Assembly (NCBI GenBank): GCA_018780035.1 | Contig: JADMKE010000029.1 | Location: 65,388-129,387 of the forward strand | Length of the DNA stretch: 64,000 nt | Reading direction: 5' to 3' | DNA from: Candidatus Sericytochromatia bacterium | Lineage (GTDB): Bacteria > Cyanobacteriota > Sericytochromatia > UBA7694 | Part shown: in pieces, positions 8,796-18,350 of the stretch | Layout of the letters: every line of letters starts with the position of its first letter | How positions within the stretch are numbered: the first letter of the stretch is position 1 | Program-made: the position numbers and the translations under genes | Notes under the pieces: generated by a model | Seen by the model: only the letters and a program-made list of their open reading frames with translations | Databases searched by the model: none | What the model was told of the DNA's origin: nothing

Positions 8796-9671
8796 TCAAC
8801 CGAGTAACTCCACTGCCGAACGCAGTTTGCCGGGCTCGGTTTGGGCGTAGATCAAGGTCGTGTCGAGGCGGGAGTGGCCAAGCAGCTTGGAAATTTGCTC
8901 CAGCGGCGCGCCTTTGTCGAGCAATTGGGTAGCAAAGGTATGGCGCAGTTTATGCGGGCTGTAATTCTCAAGCCCAGCCTCTTTGAGCAGACCTTTGACG
9001 ATCTGCCGAAAGGCCCCGTAAGATATCCTCGCGCCTTTGTGGTTTTTGCCCATGCTGACAAACAGCGCTTCGGATTTGAGATAAGGCAGGGAAGACCTCA
9101 AACTGACCCATTCTTCGAGGGTGTAGATCAGCTTTTGACTGATCGGAATCAGGCGCTCTTTGTCGCCTTTGCCCACCACCCGCAATTGCCGGGTGTCCCA
9201 GAGAATATGTTCGAGATCGAGCATTTGCATCTCTCCAATACGCATACCTGTGTAAAAGAGGGTCTTGATCATGGTCATATTGCGGATCGCTTCGGGATCT
9301 TCGTAGCTCAAGGTCTCAAGCAGGTTTTTAACATCTTTTTCGGAGAGGTATTTGGGCAGGCGGCGCGGCAAACTGGGGGCCGAGAGATTGCCGGCTGGAT
9401 CGTCTTTGACAAATCCCCGGCGCTCGGCGTAATCGTAAAAGCGCTTGATGGCGATCAGGCGGCGGCGCACCGTGGTGGCCTTGAGGCTTTCCAGGGTGGC
9501 CATATACTGAAACAACTCACGCTCGCGCACAGCGATCAGCGGCTTTTCTAAAAAGGCTTCGACCAAACGCAAATCCGACTCATACGCTGTGAGCGTGTGT
9601 TTGCTCAGGCGGCGCTGGCGCAAAATATTGAGAAAATCGTCGATCGTAAAGACCTCTTCGGGGTTGGACAT
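8796..9671 (-). CDS. XerC/XerD-type tyrosine recombinase
   Basis: TGMRIGE, GKGDKER, PHKLRH and LLGH...TTLIY catalytic residues, plus an N-terminal SAM-like domain. Confidence 0.9.
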   Translation of the reverse strand: MSNPEEVFTIDDFLNILRQRRLSKHTLTAYESDLRLVEAFLEKPLIAVRERELFQYMATLESLKATTVRRRLIAIKRFYDYAERRGFVKDDPAGNLSAPSLPRRLPKYLSEKDVKNLLETLSYEDPEAIRNMTMIKTLFYTGMRIGEMQMLDLEHILWDTRQLRVVGKGDKERLIPISQKLIYTLEEWVSLRSSLPYLKSEALFVSMGKNHKGARISYGAFRQIVKGLLKEAGLENYSPHKLRHTFATQLLDKGAPLEQISKLLGHSRLDTTLIYAQTEPGKLRSAVELLG

Positions 9672-9674
9672 GAC

Positions 9675-10160
9675 CTATTCTCCTGGCAATTGGTAGCTCG
9701 GGGGTGTTTCTGGGCGAAATTCGGGAAAGACATAAAGCATCACCCCATCGGGGCGGATATCCATTTGGGCCAATTGGGATGTGACCAGATCTTCAAGCAG
9801 GACTTTGCTCTGCTCCAGACTGAGCTGGGTTTCTGCCGCCACTTCGAGCAGACTCAATTCCCCTGCATGGCGTTTGGCCAAACTCAGAATCAGGCGGATT
9901 TGTTCGTCTTTGTGCAATTGCTGTCCGGGTGGAGTGGTTTTTCCAAAGCCCCAGCGGGCAAAAAAAAACGAGGCCAGGGTGGTGCCTGAAAACAAGATCA
10001 GCAGGGCAAAATCGACCCCCGCACTTTTTGATTCGTAAGCCTTCAAGCCAAAGAGATTGGCGATGGTCATCGCCACAAACATCAGACTGAACAGGGCTGA
10101 GCCCCCCCCGATCAGACCCAGGCCTTTGCGCAAGAGGGACGTGTTTGGATTTTCGGACAT
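9675..10160 (-). CDS. Hypothetical two-TM protein with C-terminal winged-helix-like segment
   Basis: Two hydrophobic helices, AAGG RBS, 3 nt upstream of the xer gene. Confidence 0.65.
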   Translation of the reverse strand: MSENPNTSLLRKGLGLIGGGSALFSLMFVAMTIANLFGLKAYESKSAGVDFALLILFSGTTLASFFFARWGFGKTTPPGQQLHKDEQIRLILSLAKRHAGELSLLEVAAETQLSLEQSKVLLEDLVTSQLAQMDIRPDGVMLYVFPEFRPETPPSYQLPGE

Positions 10161-10256
10161 GGCGACCTTTTCTTCTGAGCATTTTACGAATTATTGTACC
10201 TGAAAGTCCCGGCCGAGTGTGTGACCTCTGCATCAGTATGATCCCTTTTGGGGTCC

Positions 10257-12188
10257 TCAGGCTTCAGAGGGAGGAAGGTCTGCTGGCGCTTCAGCTGGGA
10301 GTTGTTCGGCTTGGTCCGGGTGTGTGTGAAAGCGGGTATAGACCAAAGCCATGGCCAGGAGGCAGACCCCCAGGCCGACCAGAGAGAGGATTTTAAAGCC
10401 CAAACTCAATTGCTGAATATCATACAAAAACACGCGGATGCTGCTCAAAGCCAAGATGCCAATCCCCTGATAACGCAGCAGGCGCGCTTGCAAGAGAAAT
10501 CCCACTATCAAAATGGCACAGCCCAAAAGAATCCAAACAGCGGAGATCCAGCCTTCAGGCACCAGATAAAAAAACCAGCCCATCAGCCCCAAACTGGCGA
10601 TGATCCCCTGCCCTATTTGGATTTGAGGATTGTCACGTTGGATCGCCAGCCAGAATTGCAGCTGGAAAAGTGCCAATAAAAGGCCATGAATGAGTACCGC
10701 TGAAAGCTGAAAACCCTCAGCATACAACTGAAAATCGTAGCCCATCAGGAGGAGCAGGGTGCTCAGATTCAGCAAGAGAGCCGAACCCCTCAAGACGGGG
10801 CCAGAACTCAGCTTAAACCAGGTGGCATTGGCCAGGGCGGCAAAAAACAGGCCCTGATAGGGAGAGGTCAGGCTTTGGTCGATGGCCCGCGCGGCTGCGG
10901 TCAGAATCCAGAACCAAAGGGCGTCCGCCAGTTGAGGCGCGCGGGCAGAGAGAAAATGGGACCAACCCCAGGCTCCCAGGGCCAGTACCACCATCAGCAG
11001 CGCTGAAAGCAGCGGTTGCTGCTGATCAAATAAACTCCATTCGATCAACCCCAGGGCAATGCCCCAGGGCCATACATAGATTTTTTCCAGCGGGGAGGCC
11101 AAAGGGCTGGGGTGACACTGCAGCCGCCGGTAGACCAAAAACAGTTGGATTCCCAACCACAAGAGGCTGCCGCTCACCACCCACACCGCTGCCAGTTTGA
11201 GTTCCATATACAGGCTCAAACCCGAAAAACCCAGCAGCGAAAAGGCCAAAATGGGGGTGCCCCTGGCCCAGAGCGGTGTGTCTGGCTTCGTTTCGAGCAT
11301 TTCGCCCAAGACCGAATAGACGGTGCTGAAAATCAAGAGCGTGCCAAATCCCAGCAAGACCCTTTCGGGGTTGGCATTGTACCAAAAGAGATGCAAAATC
11401 CAGGTGCCAATCGCCCCGACCAGCCCCAGATAACCCCAGCCGCAGCGGCCAGCCACCAAGGCCAAACCCAGGCTGAGAAACAGATTGTAAAAGAGGGTAA
11501 TGCTGTCAAATTGCTGACTGAGCAAAGAGGTTAAAAAACCGAGCACAAAGGCCCGACTGGCCAAACTCTGGGATTTGCGTTTCAGGGCCAGATAGATAGC
11601 CAGCCCCACGACCCCCATCAGCAAAAGGCAGTCGGTCAGTTCTGAGAGGTGTGTGACTTTGCGGAAGTAGCTGAAATGGTAGGCCCCGTAGATCAGAAAA
11701 TAGAGCAGGGCGATGCCCCCACCCATCAAGGCATGAGACCAACTGCGATAGCGTTCCTTGCGCCCCATCCATTCACCCAGGCCCAAGAGGGTCAGGCTCG
11801 CGGTAAATCCGCTGAATAAGACTGACCAAGGCCCGAGCCAGCCTTCGGTATAAGCATAGCGGACAAACAGACCCAGCCCCATGATCAGAGCAAAAATACC
11901 CAAGAGACTGAACCCTTTTAAGCCAATCCAGTCTTCGTACTGTTTCAGCTCCCTTTTGGCTTTGCCGGCACTTTTGCCGGTGTGCAAAACCTGCTCCCAA
12001 GGAGAGGCTGAAACGGAGGTGGCTTCTTCAAAAACGGAGGTCTCGGGGCCTGGCGGGTTTTGGGATTCAGCTGTGGGATGCTTGATGTGTACATTTAGCT
12101 CAAGCCGGTTTAAACGCAATTCCAGCTGGTTTTGCCGTTGCCTCAACAGAGTTAACTCGCGCTGAATGGCTTTTATTTCTTTCTGCAA
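10257..12188 (-). CDS. DUF2339-family multi-pass membrane protein
   Basis: EDWIG...LGIFAL...FVRYAY..GWLGP pattern and C-terminal VFLYD...KILS. TTG start at 12188 has an AGGAGG RBS; the ORF-track extension overlaps the tRNA. Confidence 0.8.
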   Translation of the reverse strand: MQKEIKAIQRELTLLRQRQNQLELRLNRLELNVHIKHPTAESQNPPGPETSVFEEATSVSASPWEQVLHTGKSAGKAKRELKQYEDWIGLKGFSLLGIFALIMGLGLFVRYAYTEGWLGPWSVLFSGFTASLTLLGLGEWMGRKERYRSWSHALMGGGIALLYFLIYGAYHFSYFRKVTHLSELTDCLLLMGVVGLAIYLALKRKSQSLASRAFVLGFLTSLLSQQFDSITLFYNLFLSLGLALVAGRCGWGYLGLVGAIGTWILHLFWYNANPERVLLGFGTLLIFSTVYSVLGEMLETKPDTPLWARGTPILAFSLLGFSGLSLYMELKLAAVWVVSGSLLWLGIQLFLVYRRLQCHPSPLASPLEKIYVWPWGIALGLIEWSLFDQQQPLLSALLMVVLALGAWGWSHFLSARAPQLADALWFWILTAAARAIDQSLTSPYQGLFFAALANATWFKLSSGPVLRGSALLLNLSTLLLLMGYDFQLYAEGFQLSAVLIHGLLLALFQLQFWLAIQRDNPQIQIGQGIIASLGLMGWFFYLVPEGWISAVWILLGCAILIVGFLLQARLLRYQGIGILALSSIRVFLYDIQQLSLGFKILSLVGLGVCLLAMALVYTRFHTHPDQAEQLPAEAPADLPPSEA

Positions 12189-12337
12189 AGCGCCCTCCTT
12201 TCTTGCTTGAACCTGTGATTTGATACGTGGTTTCTGTGATTGGGTGTATTCTATGCTACCTATCTCAGCTTGGCAAATCGCTTTCTCATTGATAGCCCCT
12301 TCGCAGTGTGGTATCTTAAAAATATCTGTATTTATCT

Positions 12338-12410
12338 GCGTCCTTAGTTCAGTTGGTAGAACGGCGGTCTCCAAAACCGCATGTCGGGGGTTCGAGTCCC
12401 TCAGGGCGTG
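12338..12410 (+). tRNA. trnW: tRNA-Trp (CCA anticodon), 3' CCA not encoded
   Basis: Cloverleaf: GCGTCCT/AGGGCGT acceptor, GTTC/GAAC D-stem, GCGGT-CTCCAAA-ACCGC anticodon arm, GGGGG-TTCGAGT-CCCTC T arm. Canonical position before secE. Confidence 0.97.
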
Positions 12411-12650
12411 CTTCATTTTCCTTCTGTTTAGACAAAGTATGTTATTATACATGCATCCCCCCTCCCCCCCCTCTCCCAACACTCTTTAATTTTAATTTTT
12501 AAAGTTTGAATGTTAAAAAATGAATTTGAGATTGTTATTTAGACTGGTGGCCTTAAAGGGGTCAATGTGAGCGCACCTGAACGCTGACCAAATTATGTGT
12601 CGCAAAAAATTTCAAGGTGCGGCAGTTCATAAAGGAAACGTATAGCTCGA

Positions 12651-12932
12651 ATGTCCAAAGCAACCAAAAAAGAAACCTCGGATTCAGAAAAAACGAGCAA
12701 GGCCAAATCCAAGGAGAAAAAAAACAAAGAACAAACCCCGAATCCAATTCAGGTTTTTGTTCAGTTTTGCAAAGACTCCTGGGGCGAATTTAAAAAAATT
12801 CAATGGCCCACCCGTAGACAGGCGCTGAACGAGTCGGTGATTGTATTACTTACCGTTGTTTTTATTGTCGCCTTGGTGAATTTTTATGACTTTATTTCCT
12901 CCTTTTTACTCGGTTTTATCTTTCAAAAATAG
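12651..12932 (+). CDS. secE: Preprotein translocase subunit SecE
   Basis: EFKKIQWPTR motif followed by one TM helix, directly upstream of nusG. Confidence 0.93.
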   Translation: MSKATKKETSDSEKTSKAKSKEKKNKEQTPNPIQVFVQFCKDSWGEFKKIQWPTRRQALNESVIVLLTVVFIVALVNFYDFISSFLLGFIFQK

Positions 12933-12952
12933 GCAAAAGAGGCTCACCGCAT

Positions 12953-13504
12953 ATGATGAATCTTAATACGACAGAAACCCAGGGCAAACGCTGGTACGTG
13001 GTTCATACCTATTCCGGCCACGAGAGCAAGGTCAAACAAAACCTGATGCGCCGTTCTGAGTCCATGGGCATGGACAACCGGATTTTTAATATTGAAGTGC
13101 CCGAAGAAAAAGTCATCGAACTCAAAGATGGCAAACGCACCGAAAAAACCAAAAAGATTTTCCCCGGCTATGTGCTGGTAGAAATGATCCTCGACGACGA
13201 CTCCTGGCACGTCGTGCGCAATACCCCCGGCGTCACCAGCTTTGTGGGTGCGGGCAGCCGCCCGGTTCCCCTGAGCCCCCGTGAAGTCAAAAAGGTGCTC
13301 AAACGCGCCTCTTCCCGCAAAGCCCGGATCGAGTTCGATTACAAACTCGGCGACGAAGTCAAAATCACCAGCGGTCCTTTCCAGGACTTCAATGGCAAAA
13401 TTATCGAAGTCAGCCCCGAGCGTGGCAAGGTCAAAGTCTCTGTTTCGATCTTTGGCCGTTCCACACCTGTGGAGCTGGAATTTGGTCAGATTAACAAAGC
13501 TTGA
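12953..13504 (+). CDS. nusG: Transcription termination/antitermination factor NusG
   Basis: [23 protein letters not shown] motif GPFQDF and [10 protein letters not shown]. Confidence 0.98.
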   Translation: MMNLNTTETQGKRWYVVHTYSGHESKVKQNLMRRSESMGMDNRIFNIEVPEEKVIELKDGKRTEKTKKIFPGYVLVEMILDDDSWHVVRNTPGVTSFVGAGSRPVPLSPREVKKVLKRASSRKARIEFDYKLGDEVKITSGPFQDFNGKIIEVSPERGKVKVSVSIFGRSTPVELEFGQINKA

Positions 13505-13528
13505 TCATCCAAGCTTGATTAACAAAGC
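13489..13528. repeat. Short duplication of the nusG 3' end
   Basis: GATTAACAAAGC at 13489 and 13517; AAGCTTGAT at 13497 and 13511. Confidence 0.8.
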
Positions 13529-13538
13529 CGAAGTGGCT

Positions 13539-13832
13539 TTACCCTTTGAGGGACATCTGAAACGCACGTTGATTGGCCAGCTTAAACAAGCTGGCCAATT
13601 CGCTTTCTCCGAATTGATCCAATTGCTGGGCCAAGAGCAGCCAGTTTTCGTTTTTGTCGATCCAGTCATAGGGCAGGCTGTCGATCACGAGTTTCATCAG
13701 GCCAAACAGCTCCTCTTGGTTTAAGGTCGCTTTGATCATAAACCAGAGTTTTTTTAAGACCTCGACATCGTGGATATCCAGATGGTTTTCGGCTGGGGCT
13801 TCGTTTTCTGTAAAATCGTCAGTGTCTTCCAT
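13539..13832 (-). CDS. Hypothetical acidic protein
   Basis: 97-aa ORF with AAGGA RBS that fills the gap between nusG and hrpB. Confidence 0.65.
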   Translation of the reverse strand: MEDTDDFTENEAPAENHLDIHDVEVLKKLWFMIKATLNQEELFGLMKLVIDSLPYDWIDKNENWLLLAQQLDQFGESELASLFKLANQRAFQMSLKG

Positions 13833-13844
13833 GGGCTTTCCTTC

Positions 13845-13909
13845 TCAAATGTTCTGGTCAAATGTTCTGGTCAGGTATTCTGGTCAGGTATTCAAGTTGA
13901 GTGTTCTGG
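13845..13909. repeat. Five imperfect 13-bp tandem repeats
   Basis: TCAAATGTTCTGG x2, TCAGGTATTCTGG, TCAGGTATTCAAG, TTGAGTGTTCTGG. Confidence 0.9.
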
Positions 13910-14018
13910 TTTCAGAATAGCCTGAGGGCTCTCAGGCTGCAAGTTTTTCACTTGGCTTGACCTCCTTTGGCTTGGAGTGTTAAAAAGGGGGAACCTGTTC
14001 CCCCCAAAGGAAAACAAA

Positions 14019-16484
14019 TTGGATTTGCTCTCTCTGCTCCCCTCTCTTGCTCCCACTTTGGCCGAATCTCCCTGTGTGATTCTCGAAGCGCCCCCCGGTA
14101 CCGGTAAAAGCACCACTGTTCCGCCCGCTCTTTTAAAAGCGGCTTGGCTGGGCAGACAAAAAATCCTGATGCTTGAACCCCGGCGTCTGGCTGCCAAATC
14201 TGTGGCCCGGTACATTGCCGCGCAGATGGGCGAAAAGGTGGGTGAAACGGTGGGCTACCGCGTGCGCATGGAGACCCGTGTTGGCCCCCAGACGCGCTTG
14301 GAAGTGGTCACCGAAGGGGTCTTGACGCGCATGTTGCAAAGTGATCCGGCCTTGGAGGGCTATGGCCTGGTGATCTTTGATGAATTTCATGAGCGCAGCC
14401 TGCAGGCCGATCTGGGCTTGGCACTGTGCCGTGAAAGCCAAGCAGTGCTGCGCGAAGATTTGCGTCTGTTGATCATGTCGGCCACCCTGCCAGCCCAATT
14501 GGCTGAACTCCTGAGTTCTGATCTTTTGAGCAATGTGCCGGTCTTGCGTGCGGAGGGAGTCATGCACCCGGTGGAATTGCGCTATGCCGCCCCGCCCCAG
14601 GGTGGAGACCCCGTGGCCTTTGCCGCTGGCGTGATTCGCACGGCCCTGCGTGAAGAAAGTGGCAGCCTCTTGGTGTTTTTGCCGGGGGCCGGTGAAATTC
14701 GCCGCTTGGCTGAGCGTTTGGCTGACCTGCCCCCTGAGATATCTGTTACCCCCCTGTATGGGGATTTGCCCCCCCAAGAGCAAGACCGCGCCATTCAACC
14801 CGCCCCACCGGGCCAGCGCAAAGTGGTGCTCGCCACCAATATCGCCGAAACCAGTTTGACGATTGAAGGCATTCGCGGCGTGATCGATCTCGGGCTGGAG
14901 CGCTCGCCGGTCTTTGACCCAATCAGTGGCATGACCCGTTTGACCACCCGGCGCATCTCGCGGGCCTCAGCCACCCAGCGTATGGGCCGGGCGGGTCGCC
15001 TGGAACCGGGCTTTTGCCTGAGGCTTTGGCCAGAATCCGACACGGCGCTTTTGGCTGCAGATATCGAACCCGAAATTTGCTCGGCAGACTTGGCCCCGCT
15101 GGCATTGGAATTGGCCCTCTGGGGCGTGAGTGACCCCCAGAGCTTGGCCTGGCTCGATCCCCCTCCCCAGCAGGCCTGGGCGCCTGCCGTTGAACTCTTG
15201 CAAGACTTGGGCGCGCTCTCAACAGAACAGATCCTGACACCCCACGGCAAAGCCCTGGCCCAATTGCCCCTGCACCCGCGTTTGGGTCATATGCTGCTCA
15301 AAGCCGAAGCCGAGGGCCTGGGCGGACTGGCCTGTACCGTGGCGGCCTTGCTCTCAGAGCGCGATTTGCTCAGTGGCAGCCGCGACGCCGACCTGGCTGG
15401 ACGTTTGACGGCCTTGGCGCGGGGCAAGGTGCCCCCTGGCCGCAAACAGGCTGTCGAACAGGCCGCCCAGCAAATTGCCGAAAAACGCCGACTCAAAACC
15501 GCCACGCGCCCAGCTGAAGCCCTGGGCCTGTTGCTGGGCTGGGCCTATCCCGACCGGATCGCGATGCGCCGGGGCGACTCGCCGCGTTATTTGCTGGCGA
15601 ACGGGCGCGGGGCGATTTTGCCCGAAGGGGATTTTTTGGCCCGCGAGCCCTGGCTGGTGATTGCCCACCTCGATGGCCATCCCCGCGAAGCCAAAATCTT
15701 TCTGGCTGCAGCCCTGGACCCCGAGCAATTGGCCAGCCTGACCGAAGGCCAAACTGAAACCGGGCTGGAGGTCAATTTTAACGCCCAAACCGGATCGGTG
15801 CAGGCCTTTGAGGTGATTCGCTTTGGCGCGCTGGCTTTAAAAAAAGAGCGGATCCACAAACCCGATGCAAATACCCTGGCGCAGGCCCTGCTCGAAGGGG
15901 TCAAGCAGCGGGGCATTGCCAAATTGCCCTGGAACCCCCATTTGTTGCAATGGCGCGAGCGGGTCGCTTTTTTGCACCGGGTTTTGCCCGAACACTGGCC
16001 CGATCTGAGCGATGCTGCCCTGGCCCGCGACCTGGGGGATTGGCTCTTGCCCTTTTTGAGCGGTTTACAGCGCTTGGACGCCATCAGCCCTGATTTATTG
16101 CAACAGGCCCTGGAAAACCACCTCGGTTATGCCCGTCTGGCGGAGTTGCAAGCGGCAGCCCCCACCCATATGCCCGTGCCCAGCGGCTCGCAAATTCGCC
16201 TCGATTACAGCGGCGAAGAACCCGTACTGGCGGCCCGTTTGCAAGAACTCTTTGGCCTCCACGCCACCCCCCGGATTGCAGGCGGGCAGGTGCCGCTGCT
16301 GATTCACCTGCTTTCACCCGCCATGCGCCCGGTACAGGTCACCCGCGATTTGGCCAGCTTTTGGCGCGAGACCTATCCCGAGGTCAAAAAAGAACTCAAA
16401 GGTCGGTATCCCCGCCATTATTGGCCCGAGGACCCGCTGCAGGCCGAGGCTGTCCGCGGGATCAAGCGCAAGCCTCGGCCATAG
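14019..16484 (+). CDS. hrpB: ATP-dependent helicase HrpB
   Basis: APPGTGKST, DEFHER, MSAT, ATNIAETSLTI, QRMGRAGR and C-terminal YPRHYWPEDP. TTG at 14019 has an AAGGA RBS. Confidence 0.96.
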   Translation: MDLLSLLPSLAPTLAESPCVILEAPPGTGKSTTVPPALLKAAWLGRQKILMLEPRRLAAKSVARYIAAQMGEKVGETVGYRVRMETRVGPQTRLEVVTEGVLTRMLQSDPALEGYGLVIFDEFHERSLQADLGLALCRESQAVLREDLRLLIMSATLPAQLAELLSSDLLSNVPVLRAEGVMHPVELRYAAPPQGGDPVAFAAGVIRTALREESGSLLVFLPGAGEIRRLAERLADLPPEISVTPLYGDLPPQEQDRAIQPAPPGQRKVVLATNIAETSLTIEGIRGVIDLGLERSPVFDPISGMTRLTTRRISRASATQRMGRAGRLEPGFCLRLWPESDTALLAADIEPEICSADLAPLALELALWGVSDPQSLAWLDPPPQQAWAPAVELLQDLGALSTEQILTPHGKALAQLPLHPRLGHMLLKAEAEGLGGLACTVAALLSERDLLSGSRDADLAGRLTALARGKVPPGRKQAVEQAAQQIAEKRRLKTATRPAEALGLLLGWAYPDRIAMRRGDSPRYLLANGRGAILPEGDFLAREPWLVIAHLDGHPREAKIFLAAALDPEQLASLTEGQTETGLEVNFNAQTGSVQAFEVIRFGALALKKERIHKPDANTLAQALLEGVKQRGIAKLPWNPHLLQWRERVAFLHRVLPEHWPDLSDAALARDLGDWLLPFLSGLQRLDAISPDLLQQALENHLGYARLAELQAAAPTHMPVPSGSQIRLDYSGEEPVLAARLQELFGLHATPRIAGGQVPLLIHLLSPAMRPVQVTRDLASFWRETYPEVKKELKGRYPRHYWPEDPLQAEAVRGIKRKPRP

Positions 16485-16514
16485 ATTAACCTGTTAACAA
16501 CGAGAAAACACCCA

Positions 16515-17507
16515 TTAACCATTCGTCAAGATATAATAGTTTTCTCTTTTGCGTTTGTGTTTGGTTTGAATTAATTCATTGTCATAAAACACACCGTAAA
16601 TATAATATTGATTATCACTGATTCTGTCATAGATAGCCATACCTTTGTAATCAGCTATCTGCCTCGTTCTGACATCACTATAATGAAAACGAATAAACCC
16701 AAAATCAACATAGGGTTTCAGTGAATTAAAAGACTCATATAAATTTGCTTTTTTTTGCTTGATTAATATCTCAGATGCATGTATGTGATAATTATTTTTA
16801 TTTTCTTCGTATTGCATCGGATTTGAAGCATTCATCCAATAAGACGGAGTATTGTGAGTCGGATTTTTTGCTTCACGCTCCAGAACACTTAAATTTTCTG
16901 GATATTTCCCTTGATCGAGGGCATAAGTTTCTAACATGATTTGTAAGTTATGCATATTTACTTTGACCATCGATTCTTTATTGCAACTACAGGCAAAAGC
17001 TGACATAAAAAACAAAGGATCAACAATAAAAGTTGTAAACATACAAAAAACAAATAGTATCCGTCTATACTTATTCAAGTAAATCATCAATATCCAGCCA
17101 AATATCAAAAAAAATCCTGTATAGGCAAATAGAGAAATAGTAGAAAAAAATAAGATTATACCCGGTAATGGATGAATTACATCTTCAATAATTCCAGGTA
17201 AAAAACGCATTTTTTTTCGCTTGCTATCTCTTTTCTTGAAATTTAAATCCATTCCATAGAGTAAAATTAGCAATATCATAAGTAAAATAAAATTTTCAAA
17301 ATTATGTTGGTAAATTGGTTTAAAATAATAATCGGGAGGAGCACAATGACAAGGGAGGTGATGAATACTTAGCCAATTGAATCGAAATATTGGAAACACA
17401 ACGCATAATATTGATAGATTAAACAAACCAAATTCATGAATATACTTATTCTTGTATAGTCTATTGATTAGATTCATATGTCTAAATGAGATACTGACCT
17501 CAAACAA
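16515..17507 (-). CDS. AT-rich membrane protein with pilin/pseudopilin-like C-terminal domain
   Basis: About four TM helices, then KESMVKVNMHNLQIMLETYALDQGKYP, which resembles GspG/type IV pilin alpha1-C. Start uncertain (17477 also possible). Confidence 0.55.
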   Translation of the reverse strand: MFEVSISFRHMNLINRLYKNKYIHEFGLFNLSILCVVFPIFRFNWLSIHHLPCHCAPPDYYFKPIYQHNFENFILLMILLILLYGMDLNFKKRDSKRKKMRFLPGIIEDVIHPLPGIILFFSTISLFAYTGFFLIFGWILMIYLNKYRRILFVFCMFTTFIVDPLFFMSAFACSCNKESMVKVNMHNLQIMLETYALDQGKYPENLSVLEREAKNPTHNTPSYWMNASNPMQYEENKNNYHIHASEILIKQKKANLYESFNSLKPYVDFGFIRFHYSDVRTRQIADYKGMAIYDRISDNQYYIYGVFYDNELIQTKHKRKRENYYILTNG

Positions 17508-17559
17508 AGATTTTCAATTATTCCCAATATAAGAAGTGTTCTAACATATCTTGAAAAGG

Positions 17560-17652
17560 CCTCAACCCATCATCACCCATCGGGATTTCAAGCAATGCAA
17601 AACATCGCTGCCTGGCTGGTAACAAAGTTGATGCGTTTGCAACTCTCTCAAT
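17560..17652 (+). pseudogene. Degenerate copy of the upstream region and 5' end of the APH gene
   Basis: Ungapped alignment to 19752-19844 with the first 15 nt identical. MQNIAAWLVTKLMRLQLSQ versus MQTIDTALVKRLIRSQFPQ. Confidence 0.75.
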
Positions 17653-17730
17653 CTTGGCCCTTGTCTGCAATCAGCCAGCGAAGGATAATGAAGCGTATCC
17701 GTCTCATGATCTACCCATAAGGAGCCTGAT

Positions 17731-18261
17731 ATGCAAAACACAGAAATCCAAGATATCCAGCGTATTTTTTCCACCCGCTTGGCTACCCTTGAGCAGATTT
17801 TGAGCCTGGGTGAAAAACACGTTGCAGGAGAGGGGGAGATGGCGATGGATGCGGTACTGCAAGCACGTTTGGCCCCAGATATGTTTCCTTTGGGCACACA
17901 AATTGCCTTTGCCTGCAACCAACCCCGTGGATTTGCACTCTGGTGTGCGGGTCAGCCTTATGAGAATCTTGACCCCGAGGTGAAGACGCTGGCTGTCGCT
18001 CGTTCATACATTCAAAATACCCTGTCAGAGCTGGCTGCCATAGAAGCTCTTGATACAAAATTGGACGAAATCAAACGCACAGGGTTGGGGCCAGGACTGT
18101 ATTGTGAGACGCCTGGGCGGCTGTATGTGAGCGATTATCTGATGCCCAATTTTTACTTCCACATCACCACCAGCTATGCGATTTTAAGAAATCTGGGGGT
18201 GCCCCTTGGCAAAGCGGATTATATGGGCTTTCTGATGCCGCATGTCAGACAAGAGAGCTGA
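17731..18261 (+). CDS. DUF1993 family protein
   Basis: ARLAPDMFPL, PNFYFHITTSYAILR..GVPLGKADY and AAGGAG RBS. Confidence 0.92.
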   Translation: MQNTEIQDIQRIFSTRLATLEQILSLGEKHVAGEGEMAMDAVLQARLAPDMFPLGTQIAFACNQPRGFALWCAGQPYENLDPEVKTLAVARSYIQNTLSELAAIEALDTKLDEIKRTGLGPGLYCETPGRLYVSDYLMPNFYFHITTSYAILRNLGVPLGKADYMGFLMPHVRQES

Positions 18262-18350
18262 GACTTCTGGGTGGAAATTATCAAAGTTGTTCAATAACCC
18301 GTTGGAATCTCTTTCAGATTAGAATGATATATTAAAATAATGGTTAATTT

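Noticed and set aside
8796-9671. Tyrosine recombinase as an integron or prophage integrase
   Set aside because: It has XerC/D-like length, no IntI-specific insertion and backbone composition. No attC array, phage genes or dif-like site were recognised nearby.
12189-12482. N-terminal extension of the DUF2339 ORF
   Set aside because: It overlaps tRNA-Trp on the opposite strand, and a strong RBS supports TTG at 12188.
13845-13909. Possible CRISPR array
   Set aside because: Units are 13 bp and contiguous with no spacers, and there are no cas genes in the window.
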